Below, in pieces: positions 18,732-29,400 of a DNA stretch of 64,000 bases. Each line of letters begins with the position of its first letter. Within the stretch, counting starts at the first letter, position 1. The DNA is taken from positions 1 to 64,000 of the IMG/VR virus record IMGVR_UViG_2974673715_000001, one strand, 5' to 3'. Source of the DNA: a virus. Taxonomy: Duplodnaviria; Caudoviricetes. The notes under the pieces are model-generated. The model was given only the letters and a program-made list of their open reading frames with translations, did not search any database and had not been told where the DNA came from. Both the position numbers and the translations under genes were made by a program.

Positions 18732-21272
18732 ATGCAGACCATTGATGGTATTGTAAATGAACCTACGGTCAATTTTGTCGGAAAAGATGGATTTTTCTGG
18801 TGGGTTGGTGAAGTAGAAGATAACGAAGATCCTATGGAATTAGGTAGGGTCAAAGTTCGTGTGCTTGGATACTATACTAACGTACGAGGCGGAACAACTA
18901 CAGCACTTCCTACAGAAAATCTACCGTGGGCGACATGTTTACAACATACTGCCCAAGCAGGTAATGACGGACAAGGTGAAAGTTCTGGACAACTTCAACC
19001 TGGTGCAATCGTCATGGGATTCTTTATGGATGGCGATCAGGCACAGATGCCTATTGTCATGGGAGTTCTTCGTGTTCAGAAATCAAACGATACAAAAATA
19101 AAACAACAATTTGCTTTTACTGGTGAAGCAATGGAGCCAGGTCTTAGTGTTAATGCATCTGCATTACACCCCGCAAAACCAAACTCTACAATGGCAGGAA
19201 CTAAAGAAGAGGGTTTCCTGAGACAAGGTGCAAATAATACAGTTTGCGTTCCTGGCATGAAAACATGTGAGGAAGGAGGTCCTGGTTCTCCTAAGAATCT
19301 TGGAACTGCTGTAGGTATTAATGGTAGTAAAAGTAATACTGTAAAACCTAGAGATCCAGAAAAACCAATACACACTGCTAATGGTGTTGGTGGTCCTTGG
19401 AGATCACTCGAATATAAACTTTCATATTTAATTGAAGATATTGCTGATCATGCAGGAACTCTCGTAAAAAATGAAGACGGGGACTTCCTCGATCTCATGA
19501 CGGGAAAAATTGTAACTGCAAAAGAGTTAACTGCTAAGGTGCAAAATTTCTTGAGTGCTATATTTACTCAAGTCGTTAGTGCTATCAGGCAATCTTTGGC
19601 AAACCTTGCAGAACAATTAAATGTTATAACTTTACTTGCAGGTGCAACTGGTATTCCATTTGTCACTTTTACTGCTGTTACTGCTGCAGTTCAAAAGATT
19701 TTGAGTGCTCTTTGTATTGTTGATAAAGATCTTTTAAGTCTCATTCAATCTCCTATTGATAGTCTTCTTAGCATTGTTGAAAACTTCCTTGAGGGTATCA
19801 TCTCTCAAGCACAAATGGTCATGAACAGTGTTCAGAAAGTCATTGATGATATTGTTTGCTCTGTTCAAACTATTCTTAATAAAGCACTCGGCATTGTAAA
19901 TGATGTAAAATCTATTGTCTCTGGAATCGAAAAGGCACAAGAACTCATTAAAACATGGGAACAAGGAACACAAATTTTCAACGATCTTCAAAGTTTCTTT
20001 AAAAATGGCATAACCAACTTAACTGGATTGATGGCATTATTTCTTAAGTTTGCAGGAAGTAATTGTAATCGTAAACTTTCTGGTGCTGAAAATGATAAAG
20101 GTTGGTATCCTTTATTTGGTACAACTAATTGCACACCTGAGGAACTCGCTAATATCAATAGCATTCGAGGAAGAAATAGAGGTGATTGTGGCGAAAATGA
20201 TAAAGGTGGCGGATTACTTGATAATATTCTTTCGCAAGCAGACCCTTATTTGTCTGCTGCTAAAAACTTTGTAAATGGTGCATCTGAATTATATCTTGGC
20301 ACACCTGGTCGTTTAGCAACCATTATTCGTAAAGAAAATGGAACAACATTTACATCAGTTAAAATAAGTCAAAGAGCGTACGCTGAATATACTTTCAAGA
20401 AAGCATTGCGTAAGGAAAAACCAGATATATCTGATGATGAAATAGAAAAACAATTAGTTGATTACAGAAAGAGACAAACAGAAAAGAAAGATGATGTTCT
20501 GGTTGCAGATCACGCAACGTATGTTGGTAATAGCACTAAAGAAGTTCATGGTGATCAATGTGAAGCAATTGATGGTTCACAGGTTACTAATATTGAAGGT
20601 GACTATCATTTAGACATTACAGGTGATTGTCATATTTCTGTTGGTGGATCCTTTATGCTTAATGCTCAAGGTGCACCTAAACAGGTAAAACCAGATGGAA
20701 CTCCATCTGATGAAAAAGACATTAAAAAACATTCATTAACATTTGGTTCTGATGTTGATATGAATATCTCAGGTGCTGCATTTACTTATGAAGGTTCAGA
20801 ATTTAATATGGGTGCGGTCACTACAAAAATTACTGGATCTAACTGTGAAATTTCATCTACAACAACTAACATTGCTAGTGGTGAAATTTTATTGACTGCA
20901 GAAAACTCTGTTGATATTACTACACCATCTTTAGTAGAATTAATTAACTTCCCTCCTTCACCCATACCTAAGGTTAAAACTGGTATTCTTAGAAAGGTTG
21001 GTGGTTCTATGGAAACATATATGACACCTGGTCTAGCTGCAGCAGATGCTATTCCTAGACATATCGTTGCAAACCCTGCAGGATATGCTTTTCATCAAAA
21101 TGGTTTGGCATATACAAATTTAGTTATGACAGGACCATGGCTCGCAACTGCTACAGCAGGTCTTGCTAGTTTAACAGCAGGTGCAGTAGTAAATATCACT
21201 GCAGGTGCTGCGATGAACATCACTGCAACAGCAGCAGTAAACATAAAAGGGTTGACGATCTTCCTAAATTAG
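18732..21272 (+). CDS. gp5: Baseplate hub / tail spike, no lysozyme domain evident
   Basis: FFWWVGEVED.EDP..LGRVKVR..G, V.GFFMDG..AQ.P.V.G OB-fold; C-terminal beta-helix repeats. Confidence 0.92.
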   Translation: MQTIDGIVNEPTVNFVGKDGFFWWVGEVEDNEDPMELGRVKVRVLGYYTNVRGGTTTALPTENLPWATCLQHTAQAGNDGQGESSGQLQPGAIVMGFFMDGDQAQMPIVMGVLRVQKSNDTKIKQQFAFTGEAMEPGLSVNASALHPAKPNSTMAGTKEEGFLRQGANNTVCVPGMKTCEEGGPGSPKNLGTAVGINGSKSNTVKPRDPEKPIHTANGVGGPWRSLEYKLSYLIEDIADHAGTLVKNEDGDFLDLMTGKIVTAKELTAKVQNFLSAIFTQVVSAIRQSLANLAEQLNVITLLAGATGIPFVTFTAVTAAVQKILSALCIVDKDLLSLIQSPIDSLLSIVENFLEGIISQAQMVMNSVQKVIDDIVCSVQTILNKALGIVNDVKSIVSGIEKAQELIKTWEQGTQIFNDLQSFFKNGITNLTGLMALFLKFAGSNCNRKLSGAENDKGWYPLFGTTNCTPEELANINSIRGRNRGDCGENDKGGGLLDNILSQADPYLSAAKNFVNGASELYLGTPGRLATIIRKENGTTFTSVKISQRAYAEYTFKKALRKEKPDISDDEIEKQLVDYRKRQTEKKDDVLVADHATYVGNSTKEVHGDQCEAIDGSQVTNIEGDYHLDITGDCHISVGGSFMLNAQGAPKQVKPDGTPSDEKDIKKHSLTFGSDVDMNISGAAFTYEGSEFNMGAVTTKITGSNCEISSTTTNIASGEILLTAENSVDITTPSLVELINFPPSPIPKVKTGILRKVGGSMETYMTPGLAAADAIPRHIVANPAGYAFHQNGLAYTNLVMTGPWLATATAGLASLTAGAVVNITAGAAMNITATAAVNIKGLTIFLN

Positions 21273-21281
21273 TGCTATACT
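21252..21281 (+). promoter_or_regulatory. Sigma70-like promoter
   Basis: TTGACG-18-TATACT with TG extension. Confidence 0.65.
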
Positions 21282-21349
21282 ATATGTGTATTCGCGGATG
21301 CCCCACTTGGTTTGGTGCACAACACCTCCGCAGAACGACAGGAGACCCC

Positions 21350-21550
21350 ATGCAAGACACTCAAGTTGAGCAAATTTTTGTTAATTTCTCTAGGAGATCT
21401 ATAAAAATCCTAGATATTGAAGGGTACGACAAAACAATAGAATGGGAATGGAATGAAGAGGGAGCGGAAGGTTTCTCAGAAACTATTTCTCACCTTTGTG
21501 ATGTCCTTGACACTGACCTTATTACCTATTGTTTTGCAGAAACAGAATGA
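21350..21550 (+). CDS. Hypothetical protein (start corrected to MQDTQVEQ)
   Basis: AGGAG RBS before ATG 21350; the ORF-track start lies inside the promoter. Confidence 0.65.
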   Translation: MQDTQVEQIFVNFSRRSIKILDIEGYDKTIEWEWNEEGAEGFSETISHLCDVLDTDLITYCFAETE

Positions 21551-21696
21551 TTATTCCACATTACAATTTTGATCCCAACATTACATTTCCGATTTCTATT
21601 GCAGTAATCACTGTATTGTTTATCTTCTATGGTATCTACAGAGGTTTCTTTGCAAATGAAGGATTGACAGACCCATTTGACGACCACGACGACTAA
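21547..21696 (+). CDS. psbN: PsbN-like photosystem assembly factor (49 aa, not in ORF track)
   Basis: MIIPHYNFDPNITFPISIAVITVLFIFYGIYRGFFANEGLTDPFDDHDD: single TM + L.DPFDDH.D signature; ATGA overlap. Confidence 0.8.
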   Translation: MIIPHYNFDPNITFPISIAVITVLFIFYGIYRGFFANEGLTDPFDDHDD

Positions 21697-21700
21697 AACT

Positions 21701-21916
21701 ATGATTGGACCTATTGGCATTACATTAGATCAAGCAGATGAAAACTTTCATTTCATGATTGATCTAACAGCAAACCAAAGAGTTTGTTGGAAAATTTCAA
21801 CACCTAAGGGATCTGTTATGTTAGTTCCTGTAAATGAAATTGCTCCTGTATCTGATGAAATTCAAGATCAAGTAGAGGAGTTTCGTAAAAGTTTTATGGA
21901 GAAAGATGCGGCCTGA
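21701..21916 (+). CDS. Phd/YefM antitoxin-like small protein
   Basis: ITLDQADENFHFMIDL..WKISTPKGSVMLVP resembles the Phd/YefM pattern. Confidence 0.45.
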   Translation: MIGPIGITLDQADENFHFMIDLTANQRVCWKISTPKGSVMLVPVNEIAPVSDEIQDQVEEFRKSFMEKDAA

Positions 21917-22091
21917 AACTAGACATGCCATGGAAATGCTTTTTCATTCAAAATGGAACTTGCCAAAAGCAGCAAAACATGCTAATCTAACTAATAAGGA
22001 AATGAAGATTACTTTCAATGAATACTGTAATTTCCATGAAACTTCCGAACTGGCAACACCACTCAAAAAAGGAGAAAAAGAGGCATCTTAA
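21906..22091 (+). CDS. Conserved cyanophage hypothetical protein
   Basis: MEMLF..KWNLPKAA...LT.KEMKITFNEY. Confidence 0.6.
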   Translation: MRPETRHAMEMLFHSKWNLPKAAKHANLTNKEMKITFNEYCNFHETSELATPLKKGEKEAS

Positions 22092-22167
22092 ACCTCAAGC
22101 ACTTCGTGCTGCTAAAAAAAGATTACAAGCATTAAAGAAAAAACTGGGAGTGTGGCGGAATCGGTAG
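22036..22167 (+). CDS. Small basic protein (43 aa, not in ORF track) whose 3' end overlaps the tRNA
   Basis: MKLPNWQHHSKKEKKRHLKPQALRAAKKRLQALKKKLGVWRNR*. Confidence 0.6.
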   Translation: MKLPNWQHHSKKEKKRHLKPQALRAAKKRLQALKKKLGVWRNR

Positions 22168-22229
22168 ACGCACCAGACTTAAAATCTGTTGGGCATGTGC
22201 CCGTGAGAGTTCAAGTCTCTCTACTCCTA
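22146..22229 (+). tRNA. trnL: tRNA-Leu (anticodon TAA)
   Basis: Acceptor GGGAGTG/TACTCCT, D arm GGCGGAATCGGTAGACGC, anticodon loop CT-TAA-AA, long variable arm, TTCAAGT T-loop; CCA not encoded. Confidence 0.95.
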
Positions 22230-22296
22230 CTGTCGGGGGAATACAAAAGATCTCTATCTAGAAAGAGTGCCCCCCTTCAAAACATAATAAAATAAC

Positions 22297-22371
22297 ATGA
22301 CAGTATTAATCATCATAGTTGTGCTCATTGTAGTAGCAGGAGCACTTATAAGGTACTACGATCCTCATTAA
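22297..22371 (+). CDS. 24-aa single-TM peptide
   Basis: MTVLIIIVVLIVVAGALIRYYDPH*, abuts the next ATG. Confidence 0.5.
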   Translation: MTVLIIIVVLIVVAGALIRYYDPH

Positions 22372-22971
22372 ATGAAAGTTCACTCTAATACGGAACCCTT
22401 TCCGTTTTTGTTTATTGAGGATTTGTATACAGAGGAAGAATTGCGTCTAATATGGTGTGAGTTAGATTATTATCAATCTAATAAGTATATACTAGATGCA
22501 AATACTAATCCTTCTGTAACAGATGATGGAAAACCAAGAACTAGAAAACAAGGAAACTTTGTTGATAATGTTTTCCAATTGAGAGAGTATTCTAATATTT
22601 TAAATCTTTCTAGAAAAGTATTAGAACCTGGTTTGATATGTCGTAGTGATCATCTTTTTCAGTGGAAATATTTCCAACCTGATGTAGATCACTCTTTACT
22701 TTCATATTATGATGATGGTGGATATTATCTACCACACCACGATAACACCGTAGTTAGTGTGATATCATGGTTATGGAAAGAACCTAAATGTTTTGAAGGC
22801 GGGGATTTTGTATTTGAAGATTATAAAATGACTGTTAAATGTAGAAACAACAGTGCAGTTGCATTTCCTGGCACTACCAGACATGGAGTCACTCCTATCA
22901 AAATGGAAGATCAACATAAAGATCTAGGTTTAGGTAGGTATTCTTTATCACATTTTTTGAATTTTAGATAA
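22372..22971 (+). CDS. 2OG-Fe(II) oxygenase (prolyl hydroxylase-like)
   Basis: YY.PHHD, FEGGDF, FPG...HGVTP, RYS. Confidence 0.88.
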   Translation: MKVHSNTEPFPFLFIEDLYTEEELRLIWCELDYYQSNKYILDANTNPSVTDDGKPRTRKQGNFVDNVFQLREYSNILNLSRKVLEPGLICRSDHLFQWKYFQPDVDHSLLSYYDDGGYYLPHHDNTVVSVISWLWKEPKCFEGGDFVFEDYKMTVKCRNNSAVAFPGTTRHGVTPIKMEDQHKDLGLGRYSLSHFLNFR

Positions 22972-23645
22972 TGGCGTACTTAGTTCATCCCTTACCACCC
23001 AGAAAAGTTTGGGTCAAAAAAGAATATCTTTATGATCTAGAAAAAGGTCATGGAGAACTTACACCTGGCATTTGGATCTCAGTAAGGAGTATTCAAGCAA
23101 AGGCATTATATTTTGAGACATTGCTAACTGATTATGGTGCACTCTTCGATAAGTTACCACTCAGTGCATTTGTATGGAAACCAGATATTGATTGGGATGA
23201 TCAGTTGCCATTAGATGTATTAGAACTTTGGGATTGTTTTGATTATAATATTACAGTTGTAGAGAAACCCATACTAGGTAGATGTCAGTTTTTTGGTAAG
23301 GACAAGAAGATGCACGCAGGAGAGTATGAGTTTACTATTGATACTGCACACCCTGACTTCTCTGTATTAGATGTAAACTTTTCAGAGCATGATCCAGAAC
23401 ATAAGACATTTAACATCATTGCACTAGACAATGGACAGTTTGCAGCACAACCAAATAACAGATGTCAGTTCTTCGATAATAGTTTGGTAGATAATGATAA
23501 CCTCAAGAAACCTGACTTCAAAGTATGCACACAAAACTATGCAGTAGAAACCCTACCTAAGTGGTGGTCTGTAGGACATACAGATGAGTGGGCATATAAG
23601 ACAGGAGAAGAAGAGGAAGAAGAAATAGACCTAACAGGCGGTTGA
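22971..23645 (+). CDS. Conserved cyanophage hypothetical protein
   Basis: LPP..VWV.KEYLYD, LELWDCF, NGQFAAQPNNR. Confidence 0.7.
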   Translation: MAYLVHPLPPRKVWVKKEYLYDLEKGHGELTPGIWISVRSIQAKALYFETLLTDYGALFDKLPLSAFVWKPDIDWDDQLPLDVLELWDCFDYNITVVEKPILGRCQFFGKDKKMHAGEYEFTIDTAHPDFSVLDVNFSEHDPEHKTFNIIALDNGQFAAQPNNRCQFFDNSLVDNDNLKKPDFKVCTQNYAVETLPKWWSVGHTDEWAYKTGEEEEEEIDLTGG

Positions 23646-23652
23646 CTTTCTT

Positions 23653-23660
23653 TATAAATA
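23653..23660 (+). promoter_or_regulatory. T4-type late promoter
   Basis: TATAAATA upstream of the structural operon. Confidence 0.7.
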
Positions 23661-23687
23661 GACCTGTAGCAAATAGTGTGATTATCT

Positions 23688-25013
23688 GTGGGAACCCGTA
23701 AAATATCTCAGTTGGATACAATATCAGATGCTAACCTATCGGGTGAAGCAATTCTTCCCGTGGTCGTGTCTGATCCATTGATTCCTAACCGAAAAGCAAA
23801 AGTAAATCAACTCTTTCGTGGAGTTGCACAAGGAACTAAAGCATCTCCTGGTCTTTGTTTTGATTTAGACAGAGACAGTGGACTATACCAATCAGCGTAC
23901 GATCAAATCGGTGTTGCATTTGGTGATGGTGGTTTATATTTTAGTAGAGTCAGCAATACTGCAACTAGTTCTTCGCTATTTGTAACTGCTGTTGATGATA
24001 CTGCTACTAATACGGACATTGTTTTCGCACCGAAAGGAACGGGAACTGTCAAAGTTACGGGTCTATTTACTATTGATGACGGTTCTTTTATCTTAGAAGA
24101 TGCACAAGGACCTAAGGCAAGATTTGAGGTAAGTAATGTTGGAACGGGAACTAATACTCGTATCTTTACACTACCTGCCATTACATCTGGTAATGGAACA
24201 GTCTTGATTGGTGATGATACACAGCAAACACTAAGAAATAAAACCATTCTTATTGACGAGGATAATCTCGTTATTACTGATGGCACTGAAGAAGCAATAT
24301 TTCAAATTAACTGGGTTGATACATCAAACGCTAGAAGATCATATTTTCTTCCTGATGCGGGAACTGTAACAACTACAGTAGAACCAACTGCAACTGCATC
24401 TACATTGTTAGATACAAAGGCAGAACAAACAGCATTGAGTAAGACTCTTGTTAATCTTAAATTAGCAAAAGACGCTGAGGTTGCAACCAACTGGGCACAG
24501 TTCAATACTACTGCTCTATCTGCTAATAGAACTCTTACTGTTCCTGATTTATCAGGTATTCTTGCTTTCACTGATGCTACTCAAGTATTACAGAACAAAA
24601 CTGTTGAAAATTTAATTCTTCAAGATCCAACGGATACTTCAAAGAAGATTACATTTTCAGTTGCTAACTCAAATACTTTTACCAACGTAACTGTTCAAAT
24701 ACCTCCTACTGCAAACCTAAATAGCACAGGAGTTCCTAATACACTTGCTACAGAGGCTGCTACACAGGAGCTGTCAAATAAAACATTGATTAACCCTGTG
24801 CTGAAGGGTGCAGGATCACAAACTGTAGGTAGTGTTACTCTTTCTATAGATAATATGACAGCAAACAGAACTATCAGATTCCCTGATTCTGATGCAACTC
24901 TGTTATCTACTGAAAACGTTACATTTGATGACGTTACATTTGGTGCAGGTATTAGTGCAGCAAACTTAACTGGTCGAACAAGACAACAACAATTTTTCTA
25001 CGCAGGATTTTAA
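23688..25013 (+). CDS. Virion structural / fibre protein
   Basis: RKISQL N-terminus; repeated R..TLP/PD..GT..Q.L.NKT units. Confidence 0.7.
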   Translation: MGTRKISQLDTISDANLSGEAILPVVVSDPLIPNRKAKVNQLFRGVAQGTKASPGLCFDLDRDSGLYQSAYDQIGVAFGDGGLYFSRVSNTATSSSLFVTAVDDTATNTDIVFAPKGTGTVKVTGLFTIDDGSFILEDAQGPKARFEVSNVGTGTNTRIFTLPAITSGNGTVLIGDDTQQTLRNKTILIDEDNLVITDGTEEAIFQINWVDTSNARRSYFLPDAGTVTTTVEPTATASTLLDTKAEQTALSKTLVNLKLAKDAEVATNWAQFNTTALSANRTLTVPDLSGILAFTDATQVLQNKTVENLILQDPTDTSKKITFSVANSNTFTNVTVQIPPTANLNSTGVPNTLATEAATQELSNKTLINPVLKGAGSQTVGSVTLSIDNMTANRTIRFPDSDATLLSTENVTFDDVTFGAGISAANLTGRTRQQQFFYAGF

Positions 25014-25019
25014 TTAAAA

Positions 25020-26471
25020 ATGGCTAATCAAGGTTTACTTGCACAAAACAAACCCGCAGCGAACACGAATACGTTGTTCTATTCTGCTCATGTTGATAAA
25101 TCTGCAAGCACGATGATCAACGTCGCTAATGACGGAACAGCATCAGACTACTCTGTTGCTCTTAAGAATTTTGATCAGAAGTTAGTAGTAAATGGTTCTG
25201 CAAACGCATACAAATTACATGAGTATGACGTCATCACTGCATATAAGATGACAGTTGACACTGCCTTTGACCCTGCAGCACAAGGTTTTACTGGCGGTCT
25301 TCAAATTACGAGTGCTGATAATGAATCAAAGTTTAGATATGAATCTGCAATTATTCCTGATTATGTAGAACTTTTTGTAAAAACTTTTGCTATCAGACAG
25401 ATCACGATTCAAAGTGTTACTGGTACGTTCTCTGTTGGTAATACTATTACCAAAGGTTCTGGTAGTGATACAACTACTGCAGTAATCTATGGTATTAATG
25501 GAACTATTCTTCATGTAGGTCCTTCTACTATTAACGGATCTGGTGCAGAATTTGCTGCAGGTGATAGTATTTCAAACGGTGCGGGTGCATCAGCTACAGT
25601 TGCAACTGGTGGTGTAGGATCTGCATCTAATAAATTTGTATTCTCTAGCACATCAGGCGGAACTTATGACCTTCGTTTGATTTCTGCAGGAAACGGTTTT
25701 GAACTATTCAACGATAGATCATACAGATTTAATCTTGCTGACTCTACTAACTCAGGTCACGTTTTTGCATTATCAACAACTATTAATGGTGAGTGGGGTT
25801 CTGACGGAACAACAGGTAACTCTGATGATGGAACTGAATATACTACTGGTAAAACTACTAATGGCACCATTGGTTCTAGTGGTGCATACATTCAATATGC
25901 TTTTACTAGCACTTCACCTACTTTGTTATACTGGTATAACTCTGTTACTGGAACTGCTGCTAACAGTAGTTTTGGTGGATCAGAGGCATATCTTACAACA
26001 ACTTCTACCCCTACATTCAATGAATTTTATATCTATGATGTAGAGGGAACTTGGACTAACTCTACATCTACCTTTGTTCAGAACAGTATCACATATACTG
26101 TTACTGCTCAAACTTCTGGAGCGTACGGTTATGTTCGTAGTTACAGTGGTAATAACTTATATGTTATTAAAGGACTTAACTCAGCAGACTTTGCAGGTTC
26201 AGATACTTTCTTAGATAACCCCAAGTTATCTACTGCAACAAGATCTACTGTGACTGTAAATAGTGTTGCTGTTGCAACTACTGCTGTGGAAAATAATTAC
26301 ATTATTCAAGGTGCAACTAACGCTGATCATGCAGTCGCAAAGAATACTTCTATTGTTGTTGGACCTGGTGAAAGATTGATTATCAACAGCACTACACAAA
26401 ACAACACCTTCTCCCTTATTGGGTTTGAAGATTCCTCAACTGCGTTCCCAACCCGAACATTCGGCAGTTAA
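25020..26471 (+). CDS. Virion structural protein
   Basis: Thr/Ser/Gly-rich beta protein; YRFN..DS.N.GH motif. Confidence 0.65.
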   Translation: MANQGLLAQNKPAANTNTLFYSAHVDKSASTMINVANDGTASDYSVALKNFDQKLVVNGSANAYKLHEYDVITAYKMTVDTAFDPAAQGFTGGLQITSADNESKFRYESAIIPDYVELFVKTFAIRQITIQSVTGTFSVGNTITKGSGSDTTTAVIYGINGTILHVGPSTINGSGAEFAAGDSISNGAGASATVATGGVGSASNKFVFSSTSGGTYDLRLISAGNGFELFNDRSYRFNLADSTNSGHVFALSTTINGEWGSDGTTGNSDDGTEYTTGKTTNGTIGSSGAYIQYAFTSTSPTLLYWYNSVTGTAANSSFGGSEAYLTTTSTPTFNEFYIYDVEGTWTNSTSTFVQNSITYTVTAQTSGAYGYVRSYSGNNLYVIKGLNSADFAGSDTFLDNPKLSTATRSTVTVNSVAVATTAVENNYIIQGATNADHAVAKNTSIVVGPGERLIINSTTQNNTFSLIGFEDSSTAFPTRTFGS

Positions 26472-26497
26472 ATAAATACAAACAAAGCGGATAGGTA

Positions 26498-29400
26498 ATG
26501 TCACTAACTAGACTAAAGAATATTATTACGTCCAGAACTGGACGTATCATATATGTCAACCCTGACGATTTCGATGCATCAGATGCTATTGATAACAGGG
26601 GAAACTCTGCTTTGCGTCCGTTTAAAAGTTTGCAAAGAGCATTCTTAGAAGTAGCAAGATTTTCATATAGAGTTGGTTTGAGTAATGACGAGTTTGATGC
26701 TTTTAGTATCATGCTCTACCCTGCTGAATATATTGTAGACAATAGACCAGGCGATGTTTTATACACAAACGTTGCACCTATTGATGCAAACTCAAACTTA
26801 GACTTAACTTCTCCTAACAATGTTCTATACAAATATAATTCAGTAGAAGGTGGTATTATCGTTCCTAGAGGTTGTTCTTTAGTTGGAACTGACCTTCGTC
26901 GTACAAAAATTATTCCAAAATATGTTCCATATCCTACAACATATGCTGCAAAAGGCATTAACACAGAAGATCAAGTTCCTCCAAGAACAGCAATCTTCAA
27001 AGTTACTGGTGGTACTTATTTCTGGCAATTCTCTTTCTTCGACGGTGCTGAAGAGGGTGTATACTTCAAACCTGATTCCACTGAAACATTAGCACCTAAG
27101 TTTTCACATCATAGACTGACTTGTTTTGAGTTTGCTGATGGTCTTAATCCATTATCAACTCTTATTTCACAAGGAACAGTTCCCTCTGCTGATTACTCTG
27201 CTGTATCTAATATCCTGCAGAGAACTGATTTAGAGATTTATTATCAGAAAGTGTCGAAAGCTTTCGCAACTATCCCTGATACATCTGGAGATCCTGCAAC
27301 TGACCAGATTCAAGCAAGGGTAGAAGAAAACCGTATTGTAGGTCCTATCTCCGATGAATACCGAGTCCTTCAGATCACAAGAAATGGACAGACAGCTACG
27401 GCTGTCACTGTTGACGAGTTTGATAACCCCAGAGACCACGGATTTTCTGTTGGTGTTAACATCAACGTTAGTGGTGTTACAGGATCAACTGGATCGCAAT
27501 CCGATCTTGATGCAGGAGTTTATAACGGGTCTTTCACCGTCACTTCGGCATCGGGTAACGTCTTCACTTACCAGATGCAATCAGTCCCCTCAGGAAACGC
27601 AGTCGGATCAAACATAACTGTTAAGACTGAGATTGATACTGTTGACTCAGCATCACCGTATGCATTTAACCTATCACTTAGATCAGTGTGGGGTATGAAT
27701 GGTATGCACGCAAACGGTGCAAAAGCAACTGGTTTTAAATCAATGGTTGTGGCACAGTTTACTGGACTGTCACTACAGAAAGACGATAGAGCATTTGTAA
27801 GATATAACGCATCAACTGGTAACTATGATGTAGCAACAGCAGGTGATGGTGCACATTTAGATGGTTTCGCTGAATATAGAAAAGGATGGGGTCATGAACA
27901 CATCAAGTGTAGTAACGACTCATTCATACAGGCAGTTTCCGTGTTCGCTGTGGGATACCAAGGTCACTTCACTGCACTAAGCGGTGGTGACATGTCAATC
28001 ACCAACTCTAACTCTAACTTTGGTAACACTGCTCTCAGATCAGCAGGATTCAAAGCAAAAGCATTTTCAAAAGATAAAGCGGGTACGATTACACATATCA
28101 TTCCTCCAAAAGCACTCAATACAATTTCAACAACTGCAACAGGAACTAATGGTTCTTTAAATATTACTCTTGCTAATGATGGATCAGTGAATGGTCTGAT
28201 TCAAGGTATGACTGTATCTGGAACAAATATTGCTACTGGTGCAATCGTTAGTTCAATTAACACAAATACTAGAGTAATCACACTTTCTGCTGCAAATACG
28301 GGAACTGTTAACGGGAACGTAATCTTTGGTGAAGAGACATCTGTTAACTGGGTAAACATTGATATTCAAAGAACTAAAGTAATTAATACTGCACTTTCTG
28401 GACAAGGTGGAACACCAGGCACAAGACTATACTTATATGGTTATACTGTTGAAGCGTCTCCTCCAACCAGTAGAGTTCAAGGTTTTACAGTCGGTGCAAG
28501 ACAAGACGGAACTGGTAATAGTGCTATAGCAGATAAAATTAACTGCTTGTTAGTTGCTCAAGGTGCATCTTCTGCAACTGTACAGTCAGCAAGCATATCA
28601 CCTTATGGTCCTAGTGTATCTGGTCTTGCAGCTGGTGTAACTGGATCTCCATTACAATATGATAGTAATACATATACTATCAATGGTGTTGCAGGTTCAG
28701 TCGGTGGTTGGTATCTAAGTGTATCTTCTACTAATAACAGTATTTACGAAGCGTTAGCAAATAATACACAATACAATACAGTCAGTTTTACTCCTACTAC
28801 ATTCCTCAAGAGAATCCCTGATCCAAGAGACTTACAAGATAGAACATATCGTGTACGTTATGTAATTGATAAGGATAAAACTAATCCACTACCTAGAGAT
28901 CCTATCTCTGGTTTCGTATTACAACCTCTTAACAGTGATACTACAACATATAACTTACAACGTGCATTTTATATTTACGATATCGAGACTGTTCAAAAGT
29001 TTGAAAGAGGTGTTAGTGATGGAATATATTATCTAACATTACTATGCGGTTCTATTGCACCTACTACATCTAACTTTGATGATAGGAAGTTCTCACAGAA
29101 CGTTAACGAAGTTTATCCTACATTCGACAGAGATAATCCAGTTGCTGACCCTCCTGCTGCAGTCTCTGAAGCTTCCAATGTTACCATAGGTCTTGTTAAT
29201 TCTACTGATGGTGCAACTCCAACTGCTGCACTTGACCCCCAGAGATCTATTACTAAAGAAGCAATTATATTCTTACTGACTGATACTGGTTGGCAGAATC
29301 CAGGTTCAACTCCTGCGTACGATTCAGTTAACGGACGTCTTGCAGGTATTGAACTGACTGCACGGGCAGGAGACGAAGAAACCCGTAAGATTAATATTAG

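Noticed and set aside
21272-21349. ORF-track N-terminal extension MLYYMCIRG...
   Set aside because: Start overlaps the -10 box; strong RBS supports ATG 21350
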